In this document: positions 18,073-27,632 of the stretch, piece after piece
Layout: every line of letters starts with the position of its first letter
Numbering within the stretch: position 1 is the first letter of the stretch
Virus record (IMG/VR): IMGVR_UViG_3300037473_000433
Location: 1 to 46,088 of that record
Direction: 5' to 3' (one strand)
From: a virus
Taxonomy: Duplodnaviria; Caudoviricetes
Length of the DNA: 46,088 nt
Notes under the pieces: model-generated
What the model saw: the letters and a program-made list of their open reading frames with translations, nothing else
The model's database searches: none
What the model was told of the DNA's origin: nothing
Position numbers and translations under genes: made by a program

Positions 18073-19743
18073 CTAATCGCCCCCATTCTCCGCGTCAATC
18101 GACGCCGCCATACTGGCAATGAGCTCGCGCTTCTCGCGCTGAAACCTATCAGACGGATCCTCATTCCGCAACGCGTCTATATCGGACTGCATCGGGGACG
18201 CGACGTTCACGACGAACATCCCGCCGAACTGGACCTTATTGGACAGGGCCAGGCGATTGAACGCGCCCGCCGCGGCATCCGCCCGGTCCTTCAATTTCCG
18301 GGTGTCCATAATCTCATCCCCGGACAGCGCATCCAGTTCCGCCTCGAATCCCCGCCAGTCCCAGTCATCCGACGTGATTACAGTAACATTTCCGGCCTGT
18401 TGCTGAACCGCCAGCGGGCGCCAGCGGGACGCCTTGGAACCGGACGCCGTCACGGCAAAAACGGGATAACCCGACAACGAACGAATACTGAATTTGGCGG
18501 CAAATTTACCGCCTGAACCGGGTTCCTGTTCCATCCCGATTTCGACGTAACCCCAGCGCTGTCGATCCTTCTCGGCATTCGACAGCATCCGATCCTCGAC
18601 GTCGAAATCCGACCATCGTCCGCAGTCGCAGCCCAGCACATAAAAATGCGGCATGCGCAGCATGCGTTTTGTTTTTTCGTCAGACAACCAGTCAACCCGC
18701 ATCGCCATCAGGACTCCCGCCGTACGCGCGCCCGCGCCCCCCTCAGTGCCGGCCTTATCCCAGAACCGACAGAACGTGTATTCCCCGGGCGGCAACGCCC
18801 CGGCGCGTTTCCATTTGTCGCGCGGGAAAATCATCCCGGCCGCCGGCCGAATCTTCCAGTTCCCGCGCAGCAGGCGTTCGCGTTCGACAACGTCCAGGGC
18901 CATAAGGTTTGCCATGTACCCGGGGTCGTTCCGCATCAACGCGGTATTATCCTCGACGTTGGCCGCGACGAACGTAAACGATTTTGGGCGTTCCTGTGCG
19001 TTCTGCAGTAGAACTTCGCGCGCGTCCCCCTCGACCTCATCAGGAATCAGGGTTTTTGCAAATTCAACCGCGGACGCCCGATCATCGAACCAGTGCATTT
19101 CGTCACGATCGCGGACGAACCAGCGGATAACGCCGGAACGGGCCTGGATCGGATATCCCGTCTCCTGATCGATCCACCAGGCGATTAGTTCCGCCACCCA
19201 TGATTCAGAATCCGGATTGCATGTCGCGCGCACATACGGACGAACGCCGCAGGTTGATCGGTTACGCGACAGCATGAACCAGAACTGTCGGCTGGAAAAC
19301 TGCGTCAATTCGTCCCAACAGAGCAACGGAATTTGCGCCCCGCGCCAGTTTTCCGTGTCCTGATCATGCTGCATATGCGCGAATGAAACCGTCGCCCCGG
19401 ATGGGAACGTATGTTCCAGCCGCGTCTCAATCGCGACGGTGTTCAACTGCCCGTACAGCGCGTTGGATTCGTCCCAGAGACCGCCCTCGTTGCGAATCTG
19501 CGGGTACGTCTGCCGGAAAATGACGGCACCGAATCGGGGGTTATTGATATGCCGCAGGGGTTCCAGAAGCAGATAGTACGATTTGCCGCCCCCGGCCGCG
19601 CCCCCGAAAATGAGAATGTCCGCAGGCGACGCGCAGGCTGTTTCCTGCGGGCCGGCCTGCGGACGAATCTCAATTGCCTTCCCCATCGCGTCGAACGCGC
19701 GGGGTTTCTGCGTATTCTGCTTTTTACGTCCGGGACGTCCCAC
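18073..19743 (-). CDS. terL: Terminase large subunit
   Basis: Walker A FGGAAGGGKS, Walker B WDELTQF, ATCNP, nuclease motifs RFWDKA and EQEPGSGGK. Confidence 0.92.
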   Translation of the reverse strand: MGRPGRKKQNTQKPRAFDAMGKAIEIRPQAGPQETACASPADILIFGGAAGGGKSYYLLLEPLRHINNPRFGAVIFRQTYPQIRNEGGLWDESNALYGQLNTVAIETRLEHTFPSGATVSFAHMQHDQDTENWRGAQIPLLCWDELTQFSSRQFWFMLSRNRSTCGVRPYVRATCNPDSESWVAELIAWWIDQETGYPIQARSGVIRWFVRDRDEMHWFDDRASAVEFAKTLIPDEVEGDAREVLLQNAQERPKSFTFVAANVEDNTALMRNDPGYMANLMALDVVERERLLRGNWKIRPAAGMIFPRDKWKRAGALPPGEYTFCRFWDKAGTEGGAGARTAGVLMAMRVDWLSDEKTKRMLRMPHFYVLGCDCGRWSDFDVEDRMLSNAEKDRQRWGYVEIGMEQEPGSGGKFAAKFSIRSLSGYPVFAVTASGSKASRWRPLAVQQQAGNVTVITSDDWDWRGFEAELDALSGDEIMDTRKLKDRADAAAGAFNRLALSNKVQFGGMFVVNVASPMQSDIDALRNEDPSDRFQREKRELIASMAASIDAENGGD

Positions 19744-19746
19744 GGT

Positions 19747-20001
19747 TTACAGCCCAGTGGGATTAGCCGGATCGACAACAGCGGGGGCCGGGGTAATGTC
19801 AATGAAATATTCCTGCCCGGCGACAAACTGTTCGTTTGCGGCGGGGTTGACGCACCCCAGCATCAACGAGCCGGACGGCGTCCAGCGGAAAAATTCCTTA
19901 TTTTCCGGACTGCCGTCAACAACCGCCTCCATGCGAATATTCTTCCCATTGTCGGCGTTATCCTCAACGCCGACGCATTTGAACTTCGCGCGTACGCCCA
20001 T
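19747..20001 (-). CDS. Phage hypothetical protein
   Basis: 84 aa VRAKFKC...ENKEFFRWTPSGSL...YFIDITPA; GAGGAG Shine-Dalgarno. Confidence 0.7.
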   Translation of the reverse strand: MGVRAKFKCVGVEDNADNGKNIRMEAVVDGSPENKEFFRWTPSGSLMLGCVNPAANEQFVAGQEYFIDITPAPAVVDPANPTGL

Positions 20002-20067
20002 CGGGAACTCCTCAGGAATAGGAAAAAGCGGCCCGCATAAAAGGAACGGCGTCAGATGGAACGGATC

Positions 20068-20337
20068 CTACGCCTCAGGCGTCGAATCGTCCTTTTCAGC
20101 AGGCGCCTCGACGGCCTCGACAGTGACGTCAACCAGCCCGAACAACGGGAAATTGCGCAGGACCTCCTTGTTGTTCGTCCGGAATACGAGATTACCGTCT
20201 GGCTTGTAGGTTTTTTCGGTCCGCATCGCCTGACCGCGCGGGACAGTCCCGTCAAATCGCGGCTCCAGCCGCACGACAGACGTATCATTCGATTCGGGCT
20301 GAATGGACGTCACCTCGGCGCGAAACTTGAGAATCAT
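20068..20337 (-). CDS. Phage hypothetical protein, apparent paralog of 19747-20001
   Basis: 89 aa LKFRAEV...VRLEPRFDG...KPDGNLVFRTNN...VDVTVEAV; start overlaps the terS stop. Confidence 0.65.
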   Translation of the reverse strand: MILKFRAEVTSIQPESNDTSVVRLEPRFDGTVPRGQAMRTEKTYKPDGNLVFRTNNKEVLRNFPLFGLVDVTVEAVEAPAEKDDSTPEA

Positions 20338-20885
20338 GATTTTTCCTCTGGGGTACTGGAAACTACCTGCGCCCGCACCGGCCGCGCTGGCGTTACATCA
20401 ATTGGCAGCCCGACGCCCGGTGCGGGAAGGGCCGCGGTATTTGGGTTGCCGGAACGTCCGTTGTCCGGCAGGTAGACGTTAATCGACTGCGTCAACTGCG
20501 TCGGACCATGATTGGGATTTTCGTCCCGGGCCGATTTGAATTTCTCCGGCATTTCGGCATCCAGCAGTTTCGCCAAGATCCCGGTATTGATCTCATACTC
20601 GGACGCAACGCGATCACCCTTATAGTAAATTCCCTTTTTGCTGCCCCGCGTCCCCAGTTTGTATGCCGTTTCCCAGAGACGATCCTTCACGCGCTGGGCC
20701 GCGTTTTCAAACGCCGCGCGATATGTACTATGCCGTTCCATCCAGTTTTTGTGTATGCTGGGCTGCGCCCCGATCGCCCGGGCGGCCCCGGAAATCGTCC
20801 CGATGACAGCGTACGCCTCGAGGAATTTCGCCTGGCGGGCATCCATCCAGCGCCCGTCTACGAAAATCTGCCGCTGACGCGACAT
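20334..20885 (-). CDS. terS: Terminase small subunit (HTH)
   Basis: QAKFLEAYAVIGTISGAARAIG HTH, YRAAFENA, LLDAEMPEKF, VYLPDNGR; upstream of terL; start placed at MSRQRQ. Confidence 0.75.
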   Translation of the reverse strand: MSRQRQIFVDGRWMDARQAKFLEAYAVIGTISGAARAIGAQPSIHKNWMERHSTYRAAFENAAQRVKDRLWETAYKLGTRGSKKGIYYKGDRVASEYEINTGILAKLLDAEMPEKFKSARDENPNHGPTQLTQSINVYLPDNGRSGNPNTAALPAPGVGLPIDVTPARPVRAQVVSSTPEEKS

Positions 20886-21194
20886 CGTACGCGCCCCATG
20901 AGGGATCCGGCCCGGGGGGTTTGGCCGCGGAATGATTTTCGGCGTATACCCGTCGTCGCTATACAGCGTGTCCGCGCGCGCGAAGGGGCGCCGGGCGAGT
21001 TTTTCAATGGGCGGGGGCAGGAGGAGGATCATACGGATATTCCCGAAACAGGTTCGGGGACAGCATATCCGCAAATTGCCCGGAATGGAAAGAGAGAATG
21101 CCCGGCAGGTCATGGGGAAACCTGCCGGGCACCGTCAACAGCCACCTGCTCGCAACCAACGCAAGATTACAGTCGGGGTTTTCGACTGTCAACA

Positions 21195-21581
21195 TTAAAA
21201 ATGCTGCGCACCGTGCATTGGGCAGCGTGCGTTTCGAACGCCATCCCAACAGATGCACCCGGTAACGACAAACGCAGACGGCGAATAGCTTTTTGGCGGG
21301 GGCGGCGGGGGCGGATCGGGTTTTTGGATTCCCGGCGGGGGCGTAACATGCTGGCCGCCACGGATTGTGTATCTTGGATCGGCCCCAATTCCCGGACTGC
21401 CTGCAGCCCTCCATGCCTCAAATTCCCGGATCGCCTCGCCCGATGGTTTATCCGGGAACTGTTCGGCCCATAGAATACCGACCAGCGTCTCGAGACGATC
21501 AATTCGACGATAGGCCCCGACCAGCAGCAGACAGGTGACGCCGCAGGCCAGGCCCATCCAGCCGATAAACACCAGATCCAT
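21195..21581 (-). CDS. Membrane-anchored protein with Pro-rich linker and C-terminal Cys/His motif
   Basis: N-terminal hydrophobic helix, PPPPPPP, CIC...CPMH. Confidence 0.6.
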   Translation of the reverse strand: MDLVFIGWMGLACGVTCLLLVGAYRRIDRLETLVGILWAEQFPDKPSGEAIREFEAWRAAGSPGIGADPRYTIRGGQHVTPPPGIQKPDPPPPPPPKSYSPSAFVVTGCICWDGVRNARCPMHGAQHF

Positions 21582-22579
21582 TATTTTCCTCCGAACCGTT
21601 GAAACGCCGCGTCGATCGCCTCAGCGACTGATTCCTTATTTATTTCAGTAAACGCCCGAACCAATTCCCGCCCCAGATCCTGAAAACGGTTTTCAACATG
21701 AACAACAGACGCCGCGGGACTGTACGCGTCAGGCGTTGTCTCGGAATTGACTGGGGTAAATGTCCCCGCAGGTTCCGCCGGCGGGGCAAATCCATGCTGT
21801 TCCCGGTACGCGATGAACTCAGCGATATCCGCCGCCTCGCGTCCGCCGATCCTCCCCCCGCCCAATTCTGTATTGGGTTTGAACATAATGCAATCAGTCC
21901 CGGTTAGCTCCACAAACCCCACCAGAATATCCGGATCCGGTTTTACAACCTGCCACATCCCCCGGGACGTATTACATACCTCAGGCCCGAGCCAGATGAA
22001 GTCCAGGTAAGTATATTCAACGCGAACTACCGCGGGCGGTTCAGGGGCTGCGACAGAAATCGTTTCCTTTTGTTTCGTCCCGCCCAGCGATTCCAGATAG
22101 TTGGCGATCGCCCTCAGTTCAACGGATGAAACCTGCAGCCAGGGTTGATGCGCCCGAAAATAGTGACCCTGGGCCGGATCATCGATCCGGATGTGGCCGA
22201 TTACTGTTTCTGCCGAAGTCTGCCCATCGACAATCAAACGTCGGACGGACCTATCATGCGCCAGAAACCGGATTTCACCGCGCAACGGCCCCGCTGGCAT
22301 GCAGTAGTTCATGGCCTTTGTCAGATTGGCCGCGCCGTTCGCCGTCAGCACTAAAATCCCTGCCGCTACAAACGCCCCGTTCCCCTCCCCATCGTCGCGG
22401 ATTGTCCCGACCCGTTCGTCATCATTATAGACGTCAAATTCCACGTCCCCGGCGCCGACGCGAACCAACTGCGTTTTGTAAAGCATGGTTTCCCTGGCTA
22501 GAATTTCAAACAATGAACTGGGCAGCAACCGTTCCAGTTCCCGAACCCCCAGTTGCTGAATCCGCGTCAACCGCGCCAT
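21581..22579 (-). CDS. Hypothetical protein with three diverged internal repeats
   Basis: Start at MARLTR; repeated G-x-(I/V)...F...(I/L)A(N/E)(Y/F)(L/I) units. Confidence 0.65.
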   Translation of the reverse strand: MARLTRIQQLGVRELERLLPSSLFEILARETMLYKTQLVRVGAGDVEFDVYNDDERVGTIRDDGEGNGAFVAAGILVLTANGAANLTKAMNYCMPAGPLRGEIRFLAHDRSVRRLIVDGQTSAETVIGHIRIDDPAQGHYFRAHQPWLQVSSVELRAIANYLESLGGTKQKETISVAAPEPPAVVRVEYTYLDFIWLGPEVCNTSRGMWQVVKPDPDILVGFVELTGTDCIMFKPNTELGGGRIGGREAADIAEFIAYREQHGFAPPAEPAGTFTPVNSETTPDAYSPAASVVHVENRFQDLGRELVRAFTEINKESVAEAIDAAFQRFGGK

Positions 22580-22583
22580 AGTT

Positions 22584-22838
22584 TCAGGCCTTCTCAAAAA
22601 CATGCCAGACGAACGGCGGCTGTTGAAATGATCCGACATGGCGATTTCCGGACGGGGGAACTGGATGCCCCGTGCCGACAATCAGAAATTCCCGTTGCAC
22701 CATAGGTTTTGCGGGATCGACCAACGCCCACATACAAGGCACGCCGAACTGAACGTCAATCATGAGGATTTTCGCGTCGGCCGGCATCTGAATACTGATA
22801 CGATAATCGACGGCGAATGTGTACTTGTAAACAATCAT
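22584..22838 (-). CDS. Conserved-looking phage hypothetical protein
   Basis: 84 aa IVYKY...MPADAKIL...WALVDP...GTGHP...VWHVFE. Confidence 0.75.
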   Translation of the reverse strand: MIVYKYTFAVDYRISIQMPADAKILMIDVQFGVPCMWALVDPAKPMVQREFLIVGTGHPVPPSGNRHVGSFQQPPFVWHVFEKA

Positions 22839-22871
22839 TTTTTCCCTCCACTAACAGTATCGGAACGAACG

Positions 22872-23459
22872 ATGCCGCACGTCCATGCCTACGGGGACAG
22901 TCATAGCTGGATGTTCCGGGGCTACCCGAATTGCAGCGTCCACCATGTCGGGGGCGTCCTGATGTACCGGATCGGACGCGACGGGTTTACGTTCCCGCCC
23001 GTCCCAGCGCCGGGCGATGCCTGCGTTTTCGTATTCGGGGAAATCGACGTCCGCTGTCATATCGCGCGGATCGCGGAACGGGACAAACGGAATATCGTAC
23101 AGGTTATGATCGAACTGGCGACGGACTACCTGACGTCAATCCAGCGGTTCGCGATGGCGTACGAAATTACCCCCGTCGTCTGCTGCATTCTGCCCGCCAG
23201 CGACAGGGGACATGAAAACAGCCTGCCGGTTTACGGTCCGCTCTGGCAGCGTTCGCTTGTCACAATCGGCATGAACGAACTGTTGCGGCGCGGCTGCGAT
23301 TCAGCAGGCGGAATCAAATTCCTGGACTACTGGGGGGAATTCGCGATGTCAGACGGATCGTTACGGCATGACAGATCGGACGGGCTGTTGCATGTCGCGG
23401 AAAAATTCTACCCGATCGTGCATGCCGCGTTGAATCAATTGCTCAGCCGGGATCCCTGA
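22872..23459 (+). CDS. SGNH/GDSL-family hydrolase (esterase or acyltransferase-like)
   Basis: Block I YGDSHS, FGEIDVRCH, C-terminal SDGLLH; opposite strand to its neighbours. Confidence 0.75.
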   Translation: MPHVHAYGDSHSWMFRGYPNCSVHHVGGVLMYRIGRDGFTFPPVPAPGDACVFVFGEIDVRCHIARIAERDKRNIVQVMIELATDYLTSIQRFAMAYEITPVVCCILPASDRGHENSLPVYGPLWQRSLVTIGMNELLRRGCDSAGGIKFLDYWGEFAMSDGSLRHDRSDGLLHVAEKFYPIVHAALNQLLSRDP

Positions 23460-23769
23460 ACCCGGCGATATACCCCAGCATCCACACCGACGCGGCCATC
23501 CAGTCCCGCGCGCTGAACGCCAGATATTGCAATTGCCGGCCCTCAGGCCATCGTTCGGCATTCGCGCGAACAAAAACCTGGATAGTCCGCCCAACAACGC
23601 AGAATGACAAATCAAACTGCTCGTTCAGCGGCATTGTCCAAATTCCCGACGGCCCGAACGTCCGCGCCTGCAGGTGAATTTTCGCCTGCATGGACTCCAT
23701 CCGGAGAATATGGACGAGTTTGCCCAGAACAGTTGTCCCGCGCGGGAATTTGTAGGCGCTGGCGTTCAT
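23443..23769 (-). CDS. Hypothetical protein
   Basis: Start MNASAY overlaps the upstream stop (ATGA). Confidence 0.55.
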   Translation of the reverse strand: MNASAYKFPRGTTVLGKLVHILRMESMQAKIHLQARTFGPSGIWTMPLNEQFDLSFCVVGRTIQVFVRANAERWPEGRQLQYLAFSARDWMAASVWMLGYIAGFRDPG

Positions 23770-24185
23770 TTCGTCCTCACATACAGATGTTTCCTGTCGA
23801 TCCGGAGTTTCCCGCCGATATTCCAGGAAATCAGGTAATGGGCTTTGTAGTCTGAATCGGCGATGTGAATCCGCCGCAACAATTCCGTTCCGGAAATTTT
23901 TACGCCCTTCGGGCCGACCCATTCCTGCGCATCGAGTTTTGCCTCTGGGCTGTCAGGCGGCAGTTCTGGTTTTTCGAGTTCGGCGCGCGGCGGTTTGATC
24001 AACTCCACCATGAATCTGCCGATCGCGAGGACTTCACCAGTGACGACATAGTCCAGCAAATTCAGCCGGGGCTCATCAACGCCCTGAATTGCGATGTCTC
24101 CGATTTTCACATTCTGAATGCTCGGCCTGTCGCGGTAGATGTTCCAACCGCGGGTTCCGTTCTGCTCAAACCGGATTTCGCTCAT
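23766..24185 (-). CDS. Hypothetical protein
   Basis: 139 aa, ATGA coupling at both ends. Confidence 0.65.
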   Translation of the reverse strand: MSEIRFEQNGTRGWNIYRDRPSIQNVKIGDIAIQGVDEPRLNLLDYVVTGEVLAIGRFMVELIKPPRAELEKPELPPDSPEAKLDAQEWVGPKGVKISGTELLRRIHIADSDYKAHYLISWNIGGKLRIDRKHLYVRTK

Positions 24186-24607
24186 GGCAAAATGATTTCC
24201 TGTTCCAGCGCCGCGCGGTTTACGGCCGCCCCGATTTCCGAATTGCCCGCGGCTATGAATACGTCGACCAGCAGCATAGCGAATTTTTCCAGCCGGACAT
24301 CAGAATAACAACGCAGTCCCGGAACCGGCAGCCTGGATTCATCGAAAATTTCCGGGACTGTTTCTGAGCGGCCGTCAATTTCTGGTATTTCAATCGGCCC
24401 ATAATACCAGATTCCGGTGCCAGCCTCCGGCCGCGGGCGTATCAATCGGGAATATTTCCCCCGGGCCTTCCGCAACTGAACCCCGATATGCCGCAGATCG
24501 GATTCTGTTCCGATCAGATGGACGATTTTCATCGACCGGGCGCCGCGTTCGTCGATTTTGTACTTCGCCCAGAACCCGGGGGCTGTCGGAAATTTAATCC
24601 AGGCCAT
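24182..24607 (-). CDS. Hypothetical protein
   Basis: MAWIKFPTAPGFW...WYYGPIEIPE; GAGG Shine-Dalgarno before ATG 24607. Confidence 0.6.
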   Translation of the reverse strand: MAWIKFPTAPGFWAKYKIDERGARSMKIVHLIGTESDLRHIGVQLRKARGKYSRLIRPRPEAGTGIWYYGPIEIPEIDGRSETVPEIFDESRLPVPGLRCYSDVRLEKFAMLLVDVFIAAGNSEIGAAVNRAALEQEIILP

Positions 24608-24737
24608 TTTTCGCCTCATCCTCTTTCCTGACCGTCATTTTGATATTGACGGTGTTTGCATGATTTTCCGCCAGCAGGATCATGGCCCAGCACAGAATCA
24701 TGCCGACGCCGCAGACGAATCCTCGAATGTATTCCAT
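24594..24737 (-). CDS. 47-aa membrane peptide
   Basis: Hand translation MEYIRGFVCGVGMILCWAMILLAENH...; GGAGG upstream; fills an operon gap. Confidence 0.45.
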   Translation of the reverse strand: MEYIRGFVCGVGMILCWAMILLAENHANTVNIKMTVRKEDEAKNGLD

Positions 24738-24742
24738 GATTT

Positions 24743-24976
24743 TCAGTCAATCCTCCGGGCCATGTATTCTGCAATCTGCAGCAGTTGCGAAATCGACAGC
24801 ATTTTATCCCCGACGGGCAGGAATTTCATTCTGCCGTCTTTTTCCCTGCGGATAATCCAGCCGAAAAATATCTCATCCTCGTCCTCCACTCCGGCGTTTT
24901 CGTAGACCCCGGCATGCCGCAGGCAGCCCTTCGTCAAAATCGGGCGGGTGACTGGCAGGAATTCTAATTTCGCCAT
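24743..24976 (-). CDS. Hypothetical protein, first gene of the leftward operon
   Basis: 77 aa ending LLQIAEYMARRID. Confidence 0.6.
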   Translation of the reverse strand: MAKLEFLPVTRPILTKGCLRHAGVYENAGVEDEDEIFFGWIIRREKDGRMKFLPVGDKMLSISQLLQIAEYMARRID

Positions 24977-25001
24977 GATTTTTGCCGGGGTAATTTCTTG
25001 G

Positions 25002-25164
25002 GTGAAAAAAATTTTGGGGTATGCCCACTCCCATTATCGGAACTGGCTACGGTTTGGGCATTTATTACGCCTGGAGTTTAATTAATGCCCGAGTGAGGTG
25101 AAAAATTTGCGGGGTAGGCGTCCCCGGAATTTACGGTATTTGTTCCGTGAGTGAAAAATTTGCG
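25002..25164. repeat. Direct repeats GTGAAAAATTTGCG, a candidate terminase recognition/packaging site
   Basis: Exact copies at 25098-25111 and 25151-25164, degenerate copy at 25002-25016, in a ~800-bp noncoding gap between divergent operons. Confidence 0.45.
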
Positions 25165-25774
25165 CAGGGTCGAGCCCATCGCCCTGGCTCCGATTTCGTG
25201 CGACTTTTGGACTAAATCTAATTGATTTGGCCTGAATTATGCATATCTGCCATCAAATCAATTTAATTCTGCTGTCAAATCAATTCGAATAAATAGGGAA
25301 TTAAATTGTTCAATCCTACGTCAGCGCAAACTATGCATATATAGGGGGGAATACCGGGGGCTGACATGGGGCGCAACAGGGGAATATCCCAATGAATAAC
25401 GGGGGGATTACAATTTCCCGCAGTTGCATCGGGTATTTAATTAGGGAAATCGATTGGGACTGCATTAAACGGGTTCTGCAGGGCCGCGGATAATAGGGGC
25501 CGATCGAATTACGGGGCAGGAACCGGGGGCGTCATAGGGGCGGATATACGTTTCTGATTCGGCGCAGGCATGGGGCGCAGAAATGCGATTTGGGCAGTTA
25601 TGGCAATCTTGAGAAATCGATTCATTTTAGCTAAGTCATTAGTGGAAACAGGGATCGGCCAGGTTTTTGCATATCTGTCTGATGGAAAACGTCGCCATAA
25701 GTACCAAAAAGGGGGGTATTTCCACTGTATAGTGTAGGCTGTTGATTGATGACAACGAAACAGGAACCGCGAAA

Positions 25775-25981
25775 ATGATTACGAAACTGGATACAGAACT
25801 GGTTGCGGGAATGGTTGAAACCCTGCTGACGGGCGTTTCCCTGCTGTCATGGGGGGATTTCTACAACGACAACGGAACCATCGATCTGGACATCGTCGCC
25901 GAAACCGAATCCGGCGAAACGATCAACCGGACGATTCGCCTGAACCCTGATAACGGACAGTTCCGTTTGCGGGCCGTCTGA
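25775..25981 (+). CDS. Array gene 1, small acidic hypothetical protein
   Basis: 68 aa from ATG 25775 after CAGGAACC. Confidence 0.7.
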   Translation: MITKLDTELVAGMVETLLTGVSLLSWGDFYNDNGTIDLDIVAETESGETINRTIRLNPDNGQFRLRAV

Positions 25982-26045
25982 TCCGCGAAACCCCCCGCAA
26001 TAGGTTTCTGAAACCCAAAACCGAATTCAACAGGAAAACCGAACC

Positions 26046-26222
26046 ATGATTCTGACATCCCGCGATATCGAAAACCTGACGCGAAACGAAATGATTTCCC
26101 TGCTGGTTCAGATCGATCGAAATGGCATCTGGACAGATCGCGACAGCGAATTGCATGGATACGGCCCGCTGTCGGCCGATGACGCAAAACAGGCCCTGAC
26201 GGATCTGATTACCCGCGAATAA
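26046..26222 (+). CDS. Array gene 2, 58-aa hypothetical protein (absent from the ORF track)
   Basis: MILTSRDIENLTRNEMISLLVQIDRNGIWTDRDSELHGYGPLSADDAKQALTDLITRE*; repeat and AGGA leader. Confidence 0.75.
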   Translation: MILTSRDIENLTRNEMISLLVQIDRNGIWTDRDSELHGYGPLSADDAKQALTDLITRE

Positions 26223-26225
26223 CTG

Positions 26226-26254
26226 TTGACAGCAGTTGTATAGATTTCTATACT
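26226..26254 (+). promoter_or_regulatory. sigma70-type promoter with overlapping palindromic operator
   Basis: TTGACA-N17-TATACT; GTATAGA-TT-TCTATAC at 26238-26253. Confidence 0.85.
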
Positions 26255-26307
26255 GATACCAGCCCGAACCAGAAACCCCCGAACCCCGAACCGACAGGAA
26301 AACGACA

Positions 26308-26601
26308 ATGGATCCCAACGCATGCTATCGCAGGATTTTCGAATCATTCGCCAATGGCGATTTTCAGGACGCGTTTGATGCAATCGACGATTTGCGGCAA
26401 TGGCTGGCGAATGCGGGATTTGAACCTGAATGGGAAAACGTCCCCAATGGCTGGACAATCAATACATTTTCCGAACCGTCAACGTTCGGTTGGGCCGCGG
26501 GAACGCATGTCGTTACAGAATTTATCGCCCCGAACGGAATGACGCGCCGGGAAATCGGCCCGTTGCGCTGTCTGGAACGCCTGATTCAAAACGCGTCCTG
26601 A
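26308..26601 (+). CDS. Array gene 3, hypothetical protein
   Basis: 97 aa MDPNAC...WLANAGFEP; CAGGA leader. Confidence 0.75.
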   Translation: MDPNACYRRIFESFANGDFQDAFDAIDDLRQWLANAGFEPEWENVPNGWTINTFSEPSTFGWAAGTHVVTEFIAPNGMTRREIGPLRCLERLIQNAS

Positions 26602-26656
26602 ACCCCCGCAATGGGTTTCTGAAACTAAAACCCGAATTCAACAGGAAAACCGAACC

Positions 26657-26965
26657 ATGAAAATCGAACAGATTGAAATCAGTAGCGCCATTGACGACAA
26701 AAACAGGATTCATCTGGTTGTTGAACGGTTCCCGGAAAAACGCGTTGTCGTCAAAACGTCCCGCGTTGTCATCGAATCGGGCGCCATGTTCAAAACCGAT
26801 CCTGTCGAATGCATCGCAATCTACCCTGACAACAACGCGGCCTGTCGCATGACGAAATATCAATCGCTGGCGAACCGCATCGGGCCAATCGATCAGGCGT
26901 TGGATCTGACCAAATTCGATTGGCTGGTTCGAACCCTGCTGGAATATCCCCTGATCCCGCGCTAG
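26657..26965 (+). CDS. Array gene 4, hypothetical protein
   Basis: 102 aa; leader nearly identical to that of gene 2. Confidence 0.75.
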   Translation: MKIEQIEISSAIDDKNRIHLVVERFPEKRVVVKTSRVVIESGAMFKTDPVECIAIYPDNNAACRMTKYQSLANRIGPIDQALDLTKFDWLVRTLLEYPLIPR

Positions 26966-27006
26966 GCAAAACCCCCGTTAGTAATTTCTGAAACAGGAAC
27001 CAGATC

Positions 27007-27573
27007 ATGAATTACAAAAAAATCCCGTCGTCAATTCCCGGATGCCCAGAAACCAAACGCGTTCTGGGGGCTGACGAAATTCAGAACCTGCCGTTGGGGC
27101 TGTCGTTGACAGATCCGAAAACCGGATGGCGATATGTTGTCGTCATATGGCGCGCCGATGACGGAACGGTTTCCCGGGTTCTGCGTTCTGTCATGGAAAA
27201 CGATAAATTCGGAAACTACCTGAATGCCGAATCGCCGATCATTCCTGATCTGATCCCTGATCTGCCAACAACCGGACTGGCGTTTTGCTGGATGCAGAAC
27301 GAAATTGCGGCCGACATGAAATCGGGCATCGTCCCCGAAACCGTCGCATCGTTTTCCGAACTGCATGACTACGTAGATGCGAACTGCTACGGGGGCGCGG
27401 AATTCGAATTCATCCGAACGGACGGAACCGATGAATCTGAATCTGCGGCCCGGGATGCAATTGACGATGTCTACGCCCCCGCAATGGAACGCGTCAACGA
27501 TTGGCTGGCCCAACGGGCCAAATTGCGGCAACTGCTGGCAGCCCGGGATTCGGCAGATTGCGCCTATGCCTGA
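27007..27573 (+). CDS. Array gene 5, hypothetical protein
   Basis: 188 aa containing VPETVASFSELHDYVDANCYGG; repeat and CAGGAACC leader. Confidence 0.75.
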   Translation: MNYKKIPSSIPGCPETKRVLGADEIQNLPLGLSLTDPKTGWRYVVVIWRADDGTVSRVLRSVMENDKFGNYLNAESPIIPDLIPDLPTTGLAFCWMQNEIAADMKSGIVPETVASFSELHDYVDANCYGGAEFEFIRTDGTDESESAARDAIDDVYAPAMERVNDWLAQRAKLRQLLAARDSADCAYA

Positions 27574-27632
27574 AACCCCCGCAACGCGTCGCATTAATCC
27601 GAACCCAAAACCCCCGCTAGGATGTTTCTGAA

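Noticed and set aside
20508-21473. 321-aa plus-strand ORF, and the 259-aa extended terS start at 21113
   Set aside because: The first is antisense to terS and its neighbour; the extension has no recognisable features, and the HTH begins after 20885
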